Positions 1-13,138 of a stretch of 64,000 nt of DNA are shown here, piece by piece. The notes beneath the pieces are model-generated. The model worked only from the letters and a program-made list of their open reading frames with translations, had not been told where the DNA came from and ran no database searches. How positions within the stretch are numbered: the first letter of the stretch is position 1; the number at the start of each line of letters is the position of its first letter. The stretch comes from Eledone cirrhosa (taxonomy: Eukaryota). A program made the translations under genes and the position numbers. The stretch lies in assembly GCA_964016885.1 (NCBI GenBank), contig OZ024743.1:253828001-253892000 (forward strand), in the 5' to 3' direction.

Positions 1-1289
1 AATAAATATATAAACAGACAGACAAATAGATAAATAGATAGATAGATGGATAGGGTGATGGATAGATAGGTTGATAAATAGATAGAATACAACAAGAAAG
101 GGAGGGTGTCAACACAAAAGAAATAAAAAGATTTTGTACAACCATCCCTCATATTTTGCCTGATTTTTTTCCTTAAATGAGACATGTTCCTGACAACTTC
201 CTGTCTCAGTTCCATTATTGTCATACTTGGCTTCCTACAATGAAAAGCAATAATTATGATAAAGGTTTCTACATTAAGCACAAGTACAGCATTGGTGAAG
301 GTAGCAACTTGATTAAACCAATCCCAGAACTTGACTAGTATATTATTTTATTGGTCCTAGAAGGTTGAAAGAAAAGTTGATCTTGGCAGGATTTGAACCC
401 AGAACCTAAAGAAATGTAACTAAATATCACAGAGCATTTTATCAGTGCTCTCCTGATTCTGTCAATCTGCAACCCAGCAACACCAATAATCATAAATAAT
501 TTTAATTCAAGCACAGGTATAATGATTTTTGAAGAGGTGAAGTTGATTATATCGACTGCAGTACTTGACTGCTATATTTTTTATATTCTGTCGATCCCCG
601 AAGGATAAAAAGCAAATTTGACCCAGATAGAGCTTGAATTCAGAATGTAAAGAGACAGAACAAATATGGCAATGGGATTTTATCTGATATCCGATTCATT
701 CCATTAATCCACCTTCACAATATAAATAATACCACTAATAGTAATTTAAGCACAAGACCAACAATTTTGAGATGAAAGGAATGTCACTTAAATTTCGCCC
801 AGTACTTGACTGACACATTCTTTAATCAACCATATAAGATAAATGGTGAAGTTAACCATGGCTAGATTTGGCATTACAATGTAAAGAGCTGGATTTGCTC
901 TAAAAATTATTCCAAACCAGTGCCCTTATTTATAATAATAATAATGACATTAGGCATACAGAAGATGTTAATATTAGTGTATACATGTTGTGCCTCCATT
1001 GGTTACAAAATGTGTTCCAGTTAATGCAATCAAAGGAACAGTATACTCATGAAATTACTGCGCAAGTGACCGAACATACCACAGGCATGTGTACCCCTAA
1101 CAGATTTTTTAAAGAAAATGCAGCATGATGCAGATACAGTGAACATGAAATAAAAAGCCTTGCTCAAGATCTCAAAACTCTACTTGAAATCAGACTCATG
1201 ATTTTATGATCATAAACCAAAGACTGTAACCACTAAACCAGCATCTTCAAATATAAAAGCGGACATAAACTGAAGATGATCATGATGAT

Positions 1290-1656
1290 ATCATCATCAT
1301 CATCATTTTACGCCCGCTTTTCCCTGCTTGCAAGGGTGGGACGGGAACTGATTCTGGCTTGATTTCTACAGCTTGATGGCCTTTCTAAAACCAACCTCAA
1401 TTACAATGAGTGCTGGGTGCTTTTTTTCCGTGGCACCTCCACGTCCACTTTACAGTGTGGGCTGGGTGCTGTTTTTGCCATGGCACCTCCACGACCACTT
1501 TGCAGTGGAATAATAGGGACCCCAGCCCTATCATCTCATTTCTGTAAACTGGAGCAATGTGAAATAAAGTGTCTTGCTCAAGGAAACAACACATCACCCG
1601 GTCTGAGAATTGAACTCACAACCTTTTGATTGCAATGCCAATATTCTAACCACTAA
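1290..1656 (-). mobile_element. tRNA-headed SINE (family A) with RTE-like 3' tail
   Basis: The minus strand reads ttagtggttagaat...gagttcaattctc (A/B-box-like), then ccttgagcaagacactttatttcacattgctccag, then the tail gggcgtaaaatga(tga)n. Homologous to 7997-8373 and 39355-39690. Confidence 0.75.
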
Positions 1657-1730
1657 ATATATATATATATATATGCAAAGTTTTATTTAAATTGTTGGTA
1701 TGTCAAATCTATCTATTTATAAGACTGTTT

Positions 1731-1806
1731 ATATTGTATTTTGTCTGATGAAGGCATACCATATTTTTAATATGATAACCCTGAAATATATATAATGAAA
1801 TAAATA
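1731..1806 (+). ncRNA. Type I hammerhead ribozyme (PLE pLTR fragment)
   Basis: tattttgt-CTGATGA-agg..catatt/aatatg..cct-GAAA-tatata-TA-atgaaata. Stem I is 8 bp including GU pairs, and stem III is palindromic. Confidence 0.7.
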
Positions 1807-1882
1807 TGGTTTTATAAATATAGTTTCCATTTATTTAATATTGTACATATATATATATATACATATACATACATACATAGAT

Positions 1883-1951
<69 letters not shown>

Positions 1952-1958
<7 letters not shown>

Positions 1959-2925
1959 ATATTTGGGGAGGGTCATATTTGCGTAATATTGCCAGAATTA
2001 ATAACAGAACACACTCACTGTTTGGTTGGTTTTCGCTTCTCGCTGTCTTTTATATATATATATCTGCGATCTAACTTACTCGGTCCTCAATGTTGCCATT
2101 GACTGACCGGCGGTCAAAAATAATACAGATACAATATAGACAAACACATATATATATAGTTTACATAAATCTTTCGTTGCACATCTGCAACATCGTCAGT
2201 GGTGTTATATTCATTGTTCCTCCTGTTGTGTTGTATGTCTACGCCATTTTTTTGTTCAGTCTGTCTATATATTTATTTATTTTATTTGCTTGTTTGTTTA
2301 TCTTATTTTATTTTGTCTTCTTTGCGCATGCGTTTGCGTGTGTGTATAGTGTTATGTGTGATGTGTGACTAGTGTGTATAGTGTTGTGTCTGCTGGGTGA
2401 CTAGTGTGTGTTTATGTGCTTGTGTATGTATTTATTTATCTTATTTTATTTAATTTAATTTACTTATTTATTTATACTTCTCTTAGGTCAGTGTTGTTTG
2501 TTTGGGTGTTGTTGTTGTTCCACTCATTCTTTCTGTTTAGCTTTGGTCTTCTAATTTCTATTTCACTGGCCTCTCTGATTTGCCTATCTGCTGGGTCATT
2601 CCTATGTTTAGATATTATTCTAATTTCTATGTTGTCTATGTTACCGTCATGATGTTGTCTAGCATGTTCGTATAGAACTGACCCGTTTTTTCGTCCTTTT
2701 AGTTCCCCCCAGTGTTGGTCTATCCTTTCACCTATGCTACGAGCTGTCTCACCTATGTATGTTGTTGTCGTGTTTCTGCAAGTACCCTCTGTACATCTTA
2801 TGCTATAGATACGGGCAATATAGATACTGGCAATATTACGCAAATATGACCCTCCCCAAATATAACAATATCTGTTTCGACACACGATTTCATATAAAAA
2901 ACCTCGCAAAACTAATTCATCGCCG

Positions 2926-2927
<2 letters not shown>
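1952..2927 (-). mobile_element. 5'-truncated Penelope-like element: GIY-YIG endonuclease end with inverted terminal repeat
   Basis: About 2472-2826 encodes [49 protein letters not shown]. 1952-1994 is the reverse complement of 2828-2870. (TA)n lies on both sides. Confidence 0.85.
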
Positions 2928-3434
<507 letters not shown>

Positions 3435-3569
3435 TGACAAGTGAGTATGTTTTGAAACACCGAGCAAGTTTTAAATTAGAAAATAGAAGCTGTCAGCGTA
3501 TTTTTTTACTAAAGAAATTTTAGCCTGATAGTAGGATTTAGAACCCTCAGAGAAATGGAAAAAAATGAG

Positions 3570-3626
<57 letters not shown>

Positions 3627-3750
3627 CATAGAAACATACATACGCAAGTATACATGCACATATATTTACACACTTCATAGAAACACCAACCTTGTCAATT
3701 TCCTTGCCCATTGCTTGTATTGCATTAGCAACATAAAAGCCTTATTACCT

Positions 3751-3830
3751 AGAATTCTGTCTGATGAAGGTGCATAGGTGGTTGCATGCTCACAGCATTA
3801 TGTAACCATAAACCCTAGAAGAATATGTAT
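3751..3830 (+). ncRNA. Degenerate hammerhead motif
   Basis: CTGATGA followed by a long stem II (tggttgcat/atgtaacca, aggt/accct). The GAAA box is corrupted. Confidence 0.4.
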
Positions 3831-4265
3831 TATGATTGATTATGACTTTTGAAGTTATCATTAATGTATATATAGTCTGTATAGACTTACAAATTGCATT
3901 TGGAGGGATATACATGATGTTGAGTGCTTAATTCTAATTGAATCATTATTCACTGATTGGTATTTTTCATACACAACCCTGATTAGTCAACATTTTATAT
4001 TACAAGTATATATATATATAGGAATATGTATGACCCCGACAGCAGAGCTCAAGCCGTTTCGACGGCTATTTCTGGATTGTACTACCCTAAGAACTGAGTA
4101 CTCTGGTGCATTATGGTCCATCTGGTTCCTTACCACAACTCCTTCGTTATATACATATATATATGCTAGCGTGGAAGAATAGACGTAAAACGGTGATGAT
4201 GATAAAAAGATTTTTTTCCAATTCCACCCCGCCCATCCCTTCAATCTATCTTATTTCTCATTCTT

Positions 4266-4301
4266 TCTTCTGATGAAGGAGTAGCGTCCGAAACGTTAAG
4301 A
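4266..4301 (+). ncRNA. Minimal type I hammerhead (dimer-type), family H1
   Basis: tctt-CTGATGA-a-gga(gtagcg)tcc-GAAA-CG-TT-aaga with an AACGTT palindrome. It lies in a ~200 bp repeat (4200-4395) also found at 29110-29350, 38460-38600, 51730-51905 and 52035-52245. Confidence 0.75.
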
Positions 4302-4479
4302 CCCTCTTCTTGCTATTTCAATCGTTAACCTAATTTATTCTTTCCACATACTGTACCGATTGTGTTGTTATTTCTGTTTACCTTTTACATACTAATATAT
4401 ATATAAGTTAAAACAATGAAATAAAAAATCAAGTCATTAGAGATATACTTCACTGCTGTACGATCGTTTCTACCTCTGT

Positions 4480-4537
<58 letters not shown>

Positions 4538-6351
4538 TTTCTACCTCTGTACATTTATATATATATAAACAGAAAAGTGAAAATGTGTTACTTAGCCCAT
4601 CTGTTTTTCGCTGTTATATGCTATAACCTATCTCAAACTTATCTCTTCTGTTACTTTAATCTTAAAACCATAGTTCTACTTATAAAATTCTCTTGCTTTT
4701 CTTTTATTATTCTTATTGTAATTTTGTTTTTGTTACATAATATTTACGTAAGACAAACTTGAATCAACTCAATGCTATTTATTATCAGTTTTGTTTCCTT
4801 GTATTAAATAGTAATGAGATCACAAAGGCAGCAGTTTCTTTCAGAGATGAATTTTCCTATTATTTAGCTGTAAGATATAGCAAGTGCAAAGAAAATACAT
4901 ACAACTAAATATATGTTTTCTTCATATATTCTATTTATGTATTGTATAAGTCCTGAAGTTTCTGTAAATCTCTATTATTCCTCATCTTACATGTTTGATA
5001 AAATTATTATCTACCACTTTACAGAGTATATTAGGTGTAGTTCACCATGGGGCCAGCATTAGAGAGGTTGCCATGTCCTTGGAAAGTCTAAAGATAAAAT
5101 TCAAGTTACAAAATAATAACAAAAATATTGTCTCTTGCTGGCTGTTTATCCCTCAATCAGCTGTGCTCAAGCTAAGGCCAGTGCATCTTTTTTTATATAT
5201 GAGGCATTACATTTTTCTATATGTCTTACTTTTTTACACTGTATACAATTGAATGACAATTTTCTAGTTATTTCTAACAAATTGCATAGATGTCTGAAAA
5301 ATAATAACAAACAATACTTGCTAGTGCTACCTGTAGTTTATTTTTATGGTACAGAGCTTGTTGATCCCTTATGAATGTAATGCGGCCTTCCTATCACTAA
5401 TGCTCAAGCACTCAATGTTTTAGGCTCACAGACCAGACTTGTTAATTGATATTATCAAGTGATGAAACCATTTATTCATTGTTGAGCTGTGAACCTGTTG
5501 ATAGATGTGACACTAACCATTTGCTAACTGTCTTTATTTCTGACACTGGTCCTTTTTCATGTTGGTACTTGCTTGCTGGAGGCATCTCATCATTTAACAG
5601 GTTGTGAGTTTTCACTCAAGGACTTTGTCCAGAGTCCATGAATTGCACAGGTAGGTGAGGGTTGGTGAACAACAAAGTAGCTGTAACTATGTGTTTAAAA
5701 GTCTATAATAAGTTACTTTTAGAGATGTGATGGGGTGGGATTGGGTGGGCTTTAAAATAAAATAAAACTTTTGCAGACACTCTTCTCTACTCATATTAAC
5801 ACTACTATGTTTAATGTTTGGTTAATGTGGTGAAGATAAAACTTGAAATATGTTAGCTATATTAGTTGAACTGCAACATAGAATAAATTCTCAGTAGATG
5901 AAATGAATAAATGTAACAGAATTGTAAGTCTCTAGTGAATGTGTTCTATCATGTCTTAGCTTTGCAAGCAGTAGTTGAAATGTTGCTGAACAATATTATA
6001 GTTTCAGTAAAATCTCTTGAGTAAGCACACATTTGCAATAAATTTCACTTCAGTCACACCATGAGCAAACAAGGAACTGAATATAGTTCCCATTAAAATG
6101 CTTCCGATATTTTGATGTTTAGTTTTATTGAAATAAATCATCACCATCAACGTCATCATTTCTATTACTATCAACATTGCAATTACTACCAACCCCAACA
6201 ACCCCATGTCAACATCACCAAACTAATAACATATCACCAGCAAATACCATCACCACCATAACACAAACACAAATATTCTTATCACTATGTGTATATATAT
6301 ATACATAAATATGTGTGTCTGTGTGTACATAGGCACACACACACACCCACC

Positions 6352-6415
<64 letters not shown>

Positions 6416-6418
6416 CAC

Positions 6419-6449
<31 letters not shown>

Positions 6450-6609
6450 CATATATATACATATTTATACATATATATATATAGTATATATATACAGTAT
6501 ATATATATATATATACATATATATACATATATATATATATATACATATATATAATACATATATATACATATATATATATATGAATATATATATATATATA
6601 TATATATAT

Positions 6610-6702
<93 letters not shown>

Positions 6703-6729
6703 GATTGAGAGATGGATAGATATAGATAG

Positions 6730-6842
<113 letters not shown>

Positions 6843-7843
6843 TGTGTGTGTGTGAATCTATTACATTTACTTAACTTCCACTCTTTTCAAAATATTTTTG
6901 TTTGTGCTTACTCTAATGATATACCTTTCAATAACACAGTGTCAGAAGGCTACTGCAATGTAGTTAGAAGTTACAGATCAATAAAAGAAAGAACAAAATA
7001 ATGTATTATTACCTTCACATTTTCCTAATATTTTGAGTAAAATATTCCTAATAAAGTTTTTTTACGGAACAAAAGAGGTCGCAATATAAGATAAACATGT
7101 ATTTAGCAGGGCATGCTGGCGTTATAATTATTTACGAGCAATTGGATTTGTTAATTTAAATTTAATTTTAAAAGAATTAATTTAACTTTTCAATTACAAT
7201 ATTCTAATGAAAACTCACATATGGCTTTGAAACAATTAAAAAAATAATCAAGAATTTGAAGGGACTTCATAACTAAATGTTTCATTATTGATGTTGGATT
7301 GGCAGTATCAGCAGAGCATTGGACATCATGCTCTGTGGCAGGTAGTTATGGTTAATTACTTTCTGAGTTCAAATCTTGTCACGGTCAAATTTGACTTTCC
7401 TTCATCCAAATAAAACACTAGTTGATTTCATCGATCTCCAATTGCTGGCCTTATGCCTGAAAGAGAACTCATTATTATTATGTTGATGTTTGGAACATAT
7501 CTCAACAAAGATTCTAACATAATGCATTATGAAAGAGATTTAGACAAATATAAACAGATTAAAATATGAGGTTTTATATCATTAAACAGACAGTTTAGTA
7601 TAGAAATGGTTAAAGAAGCAACATATCTGACTGAGTTAAGTTCCTTTATTCTAAGTCATCAGACAATATATTCACACCTAAGTGCATGGGATACTTTCTG
7701 TCCGTGAAGAAAATTCAACTATCCTTCTCAGTTATGTATTAAAACATTTTAAAGGAATCGATTTTAATGAGCAAAAACCATGATTGATTTGACAACTTAC
7801 TTTATACGCTGCTAAATGTATGACATCATTATGTCAGATGACC

Positions 7844-7893
<50 letters not shown>

Positions 7894-7996
7894 TAAAACG
7901 AAGGAAATGTGGTAGGGAACCAGTTGGACCATAACGCGCCGTCGAAATGGCTTGAGCTCAGCCGTCGGGGTCCTACTCGTTCCTATATATATATAT

Positions 7997-8373
7997 ATTC
8001 GGCTTTGCAATCGAAAGGTTGTGAGTTCAATTCTCAGACAGGGTGATGTGTTGTTTCCTTGAGCAAGACACTTTATTTCACATTGCTCCAGTTTACTCAC
8101 CTGTAGAAATGAGATGATAGGGACTGGGGTCCTTATCGTTCCACTGCAAAGTAGTCGTGGAGGTGCCACAGTAAAAAATAAAGAGCACGCAGCACTCACC
8201 GTAAATGAGGTTGGTGTTAGGAAGGGCATCCAGCTGTAGAAATCAAGCCACAATCAGTTCTTCTATGAACAAGACAAGGGCAGCCGACTGGACACTGCTC
8301 ACAACAGGACAACCCACCTAACCGATGCTAGCGTGGAAGAACGGACGTAAAACGATGATGATGATGATGATGA
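7997..8373 (+). mobile_element. SINE family A (5'-truncated) with RTE-like tail
   Basis: B-box gagttcaattc, central ccttgagcaagacac, aggaagggcatccagc, and tail atgctagcgtggaagaacggacgtaaaacga(tga)n. Confidence 0.75.
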
Positions 8374-8854
8374 TATATATATATATATGTTTATCCTGGG
8401 TTCAATCGGGGGTAACCACAGTAAGTAAGGTACACAATACAAAGTAGAGTATGAATATTTAATATAGAAAGGGTTCAAACAGGACTAGAACTGTTTCATT
8501 CAGGAGAAATCAAAGGAAGCAGCTGTCCAAGTAATGTGGTGGTATTTATATATTTTCTGGTGGTAGGAGAGGGTGGTAATTTGGCTGGGGTGGAGGTCAT
8601 TGGTTGATGGATTTAAAGAAAAGGGAATTCTTTAAAAACTATATTTAGAATAATAAAAGCAGAAATAATTCTATAGACAGGATCACTCTGAGAATGCCAC
8701 TCCTGATTTTTAAGGTTCATGTAAGCTAACAATGCCTTTAGTCAGGTGTCTACAAGCACATTAACACACACACACATATATATAAACCCCCACTCCGACA
8801 TACTCGCAAAAAAACATACTCTTATACCTATATATATAAATAAAAATATGTATG

Positions 8855-8893
<39 letters not shown>

Positions 8894-9141
8894 GTGTATA
8901 TATATAACCCATGCTAGCATGGAAGAACGGACGTAAAACGATGATGATCATGATGATGATGATATATATATATTTCGTTTCTGAATTTGTTTAGCAAGAT
9001 TCTTTGTCTGAAAACGTGTGTTGAAACCGTTATTGTTATACTTTGGGAGGGGCGTGTTGCCAATAAGAAACACACGCACCTGTTGTTCATTCCAATTTTT
9101 TATGAATTAAATTTATAAATTTAAGAATTTATAAATATATA

Positions 9142-9190
<49 letters not shown>

Positions 9191-9191
9191 A

Positions 9192-9323
<132 letters not shown>

Positions 9324-9537
9324 AGTAGGTAATTCGGGATGTTTGTTTACAAACACACCGAGCATTATAATAAATGTTCGGTGAATCCATACGTTCATAT
9401 ATATATATGCGCATGTATGTATATATATAGACATACTACTGTACGTCTGTATACATATATGTATGTACGTGTACATACTTATATTTAAGTAACAGCCGTA
9501 CTAAGAGTGGGAAATGAAATTTCCTTTCATATTTTCC

Positions 9538-9581
<44 letters not shown>

Positions 9582-9596
9582 GTATATATCTATATC

Positions 9597-9692
<96 letters not shown>

Positions 9693-9720
9693 TACGTATA
9701 TGTCTATCTATCTATATAAA

Positions 9721-9788
<68 letters not shown>

Positions 9789-10006
9789 ATTAGAGTTAAA
9801 ACTCCAATTGGAACCCTGTAACTATTAAGCTCCAAGTATAAAAATACTGAGCCGATTAATAATATATAGTAAGAAACACAGTAAACCGTGCGTCTAAAAT
9901 TACAAGGGTTGAAAAACCACATTTGTTTGAAATATTTAACCAAGAAGCAGACAGAATGATAAAATAAAAATATATTATTATACAAACCGCCTCAATAACC
10001 ATTATA

Positions 10007-10086
10007 TCTCTCGGACAGATTATCCCTAATCTGTTTCGCCCTGAGTGTGTTTGTAACAGATAATCATGGGCATCATCAGCGAGAGA
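10007..10086 (-). ncRNA. Complete type I hammerhead ribozyme, copy 1
   Basis: tctctcg-CTGATGA-t-gccc..gggc-GAAA-cagatta(ggga)taatctg-TC^cgagaga: 7-bp stem I, 8-bp stem III with a GNRA loop, and a GUC cleavage triplet. Confidence 0.9.
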
Positions 10087-10472
10087 ATCTGATTAAAAGC
10101 AACAAACACTATTTGCCAACGTTCACACAGAAAGATGAATGTCTCCTCGTGCGCCGCTAGTCAAACGTGGTAAGCGCGTATTGAATAGAAATAACAGTCC
10201 AACACACACAACTTAATAAGCTCAACTTGTGAGGGAGCAGAAATATATATGAAAATTAGAGTTAAAACTCCAATTGGAACCCTGTAACTATTAAGCTCCA
10301 AGTAAAAAAATACTGAGCCGATTAATAATATATAGTAAGAAACACAGTAAACCGTGTGTCTAAAATTACAAGGGTTGAAAAACCACATTTGTTTGAAATA
10401 TTTAACCAAGAAGCAGACAGAATGATAAAATAAAAATATATTATTATACAAACCGCCTCAATAACCATTATA

Positions 10473-10552
10473 TCTCTCGGACAGTTTATCCCTAATCTGT
10501 TTCGCCCTGAGTGTGTTTGTAACAGATAATCTTGGGCATCATCAGCGAGAGA
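10473..10552 (-). ncRNA. Type I hammerhead ribozyme, copy 2 (one stem III mismatch)
   Basis: Same as copy 1 except acagTttatc on the + strand. Confidence 0.85.
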
Positions 10553-10940
10553 ATCTGATTAAATGCAACAAACACTATTTGCCAACGTTCACACAGAAAG
10601 ATGAATATGTCACCTCGTGTGCCGCTAGTCAAACGTGGTAAGCGCGTATTGAATTGAAATAACAGTCCAACACACACAACTTAATAAGCTCAACTTGTGA
10701 GGGAGAAGAAATATATATGAAAATTAGAGTTAAAACTCCAATTGGAACCCTGTAACTATTAAGCTCCAAGTAAAAGAAAACTGAGCCGATTAATAATATA
10801 TAGTAAGAAACACAGTAAAGCGTGTGTCTAAACTTACAAGGGTTGAAAAACCACATTTGTTTGAAATATTTAACCAAGAAGCAGACAGAATGATAAAATA
10901 AAAATATATTATTATACAAACCGCCTCAATAACAATTATA

Positions 10941-11020
10941 TCTCTCGGACAGATTATCCCTAATCTGTTTCGCCCTGAGTGTGTTTGTAACAGATAATTT
11001 TGGGCATCATCAGCGAGAGA
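10941..11020 (-). ncRNA. Complete type I hammerhead ribozyme, copy 3
   Basis: Same core and stems as copy 1. Confidence 0.9.
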
Positions 11021-11374
11021 ATCTGATTAAATGCAACAAACACTATTTGCCAACGTTCACACAGAAAGATGAATCTGTCACCTCGTGTGCCGCTAGTCAA
11101 ACGTGGTAAGCGCGTATTGAATAGATATAACAGTCCAACACACACAACATATTAAGCTCAACTTGTGAGGGAGCAGAAATATATATGAAAATTAGAGTTA
11201 GACACACGGTTTATATGTACGTCTGTGTGTATACACAAACACACATCTATATATATATACATATACACATATATAAGTACATATACAACCTTATCGACTG
11301 CTTTGCTGCACATTCCTAATTGCATATCGTTAGCTTGGCCACAGCCAAAACTTCGATTTTACTAAACTCCCACT

Positions 11375-11419
<45 letters not shown>

Positions 11420-11845
11420 ATGTACACACGATGTGTACAAATAATTACATATACACACACATACATACATATATGCACACACAAATATATATTCTTTTAT
11501 TATATTTATTTGAATCTTAATCTTCACATTTATTATTATTTACACCATATACACATATATACATACATACATATATACATATGTATACATATATATATAT
11601 ACATACACATATACACATTCATATATATATATACATACATATAGACACATATACACTTACACACATAAACATATATATACACATATATACACATACATAT
11701 ATACATACACATATACAAACATATACATACACATACACATACACACATATACACATACATATATATACATACATATATACACACATTCACATATATATAT
11801 ACATATTCATACATACACACATACACATATATACACACACATATA

Positions 11846-11885
<40 letters not shown>

Positions 11886-12120
11886 GGGTTGTAGGAAAAT
11901 GTTCAAGACTCCGATGGCAGAGCTCAAGCCGTTCCGACACCTATTTCTGGGTGTGTTGTTAGTCTTCAGATGAACTGGAATCATATATATTATAGATATG
12001 ATATCACAGATATGATTCCAATTCCTCTGAGGACTAACAACATACACAGGAGCTGGACATATCGAATAATTAAAAGAGTGGAACACATTACACCACCATG
12101 TTTACCTGTTTTTGCTACAT

Positions 12121-12189
12121 TAATTCTTACTGCCCGATGAGGTCACAGTCAATAATGGCTGTCACTGAAATATATATAGCAGAGAATTA
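12121..12189 (+). ncRNA. Type I hammerhead with CCGAUGA core variant
   Basis: taattct..ctgc-CCGATGA-ggt.acagtca(ataa)tggctgt.act-GAAA-tatata-TA-gcag.agaatta. Confidence 0.7.
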
Positions 12190-12301
12190 GAATAAACGAA
12201 GCCAACTTTAACATGTCTGACTTACATATTATATATATATATATATAAATTAATAAAAACAATGAATAAAAACAAAGAAACAGTTCTTTATATTAAAGAA
12301 T

Positions 12302-12420
12302 TCATCATTTTACGATCGTTTCTAGGATATATATGTGTGTGTTGGTATGTAAAAATTTTACAAACTGTCAGAGGGAATATACATACCTACACATATATAT
12401 GCTGTCTTCAGAAATAATGA
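12302..12420 (-). ncRNA. Type I hammerhead in the 3' pLTR with ~80-nt stem II
   Basis: tcattattt-CTGAAGA-[atatatgtgt/acacatatat, ggtatgta/tacatacc]-GAAA-cgatcg-TA-aaatgatga. Stem I is 9 bp, and stem III is the ACGATCGT palindrome. Confidence 0.8.
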
Positions 12421-13138
12421 TATGTGTTTATTGAAAAAACCAACAAAGATGTAATACAATAGGTCTGTTTGGGAACAGGTTTTGAATTGACCAATAGAAA
12501 AGTAGTAAGTGGTCAAGTTGATAGAATAGTAGTAGTAGAAATTTAATTTAGGTGTAGAGGAATGCAGACTTCAGTTTTGAATGGAAAGAATATTTTGAAT
12601 GAAAAGATTACTTTGGGGATGAAAAGAGGTCAAGCCGGTGAAAGGTACACGAAAATTTGATGTTTTTAATGAATAATGCTAATGTTAAATTCGAAGGAGA
12701 ATAAAATTTTAGGATAAATGTGTTAGTGAGAAATACCAATCTTATTTAAAACATAAGGAATTTAGATCTATAAAAAGAAATTAAATTAATTTAATTGATA
12801 GGTATATTTATAGGGATAAATTTATATTAATTCATATAGATGTGATAAATAAGAGTTAGATGTTATTAAAGAATGTTGTTAAAAACGAAGGAAAATAATT
12901 GGGGGGGGGGATAAATGTATTAGTGAGAAATAACAAACTTATATAGACTACAAGGAATTTAGATTCATAGCAGGAAATTAAAAGAGTTTATATGTATACT
13001 TATGGGTATTAATTTTAGGAAAATATAGCTGTAAAAGGGAAATAAAATTATGAAGTTCTCAGTAGTAAAATACTAATTATAGGTTAACTAAATAAACAAA
13101 AATAATAATTATAATAATTTGTAAAATATAAGTATATA

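Larger units (their letters stand above)
9779..11201 (-). repeat. Tandem array of three ~467-bp non-coding units, each with a hammerhead (retrozyme-like or tandem pLTR)
   Basis: The tcatcag marker occurs at 10073, 10539 and 11007 (periods 466 and 468). Units are nearly identical, and the array abuts a long (TA)n. Confidence 0.9.

Noticed and set aside
9704-11145. Repeated 93-96 aa and 61 aa ORFs in the tandem array
   Set aside because: They have no recognisable motifs, and recurrence simply reflects the DNA repeat.
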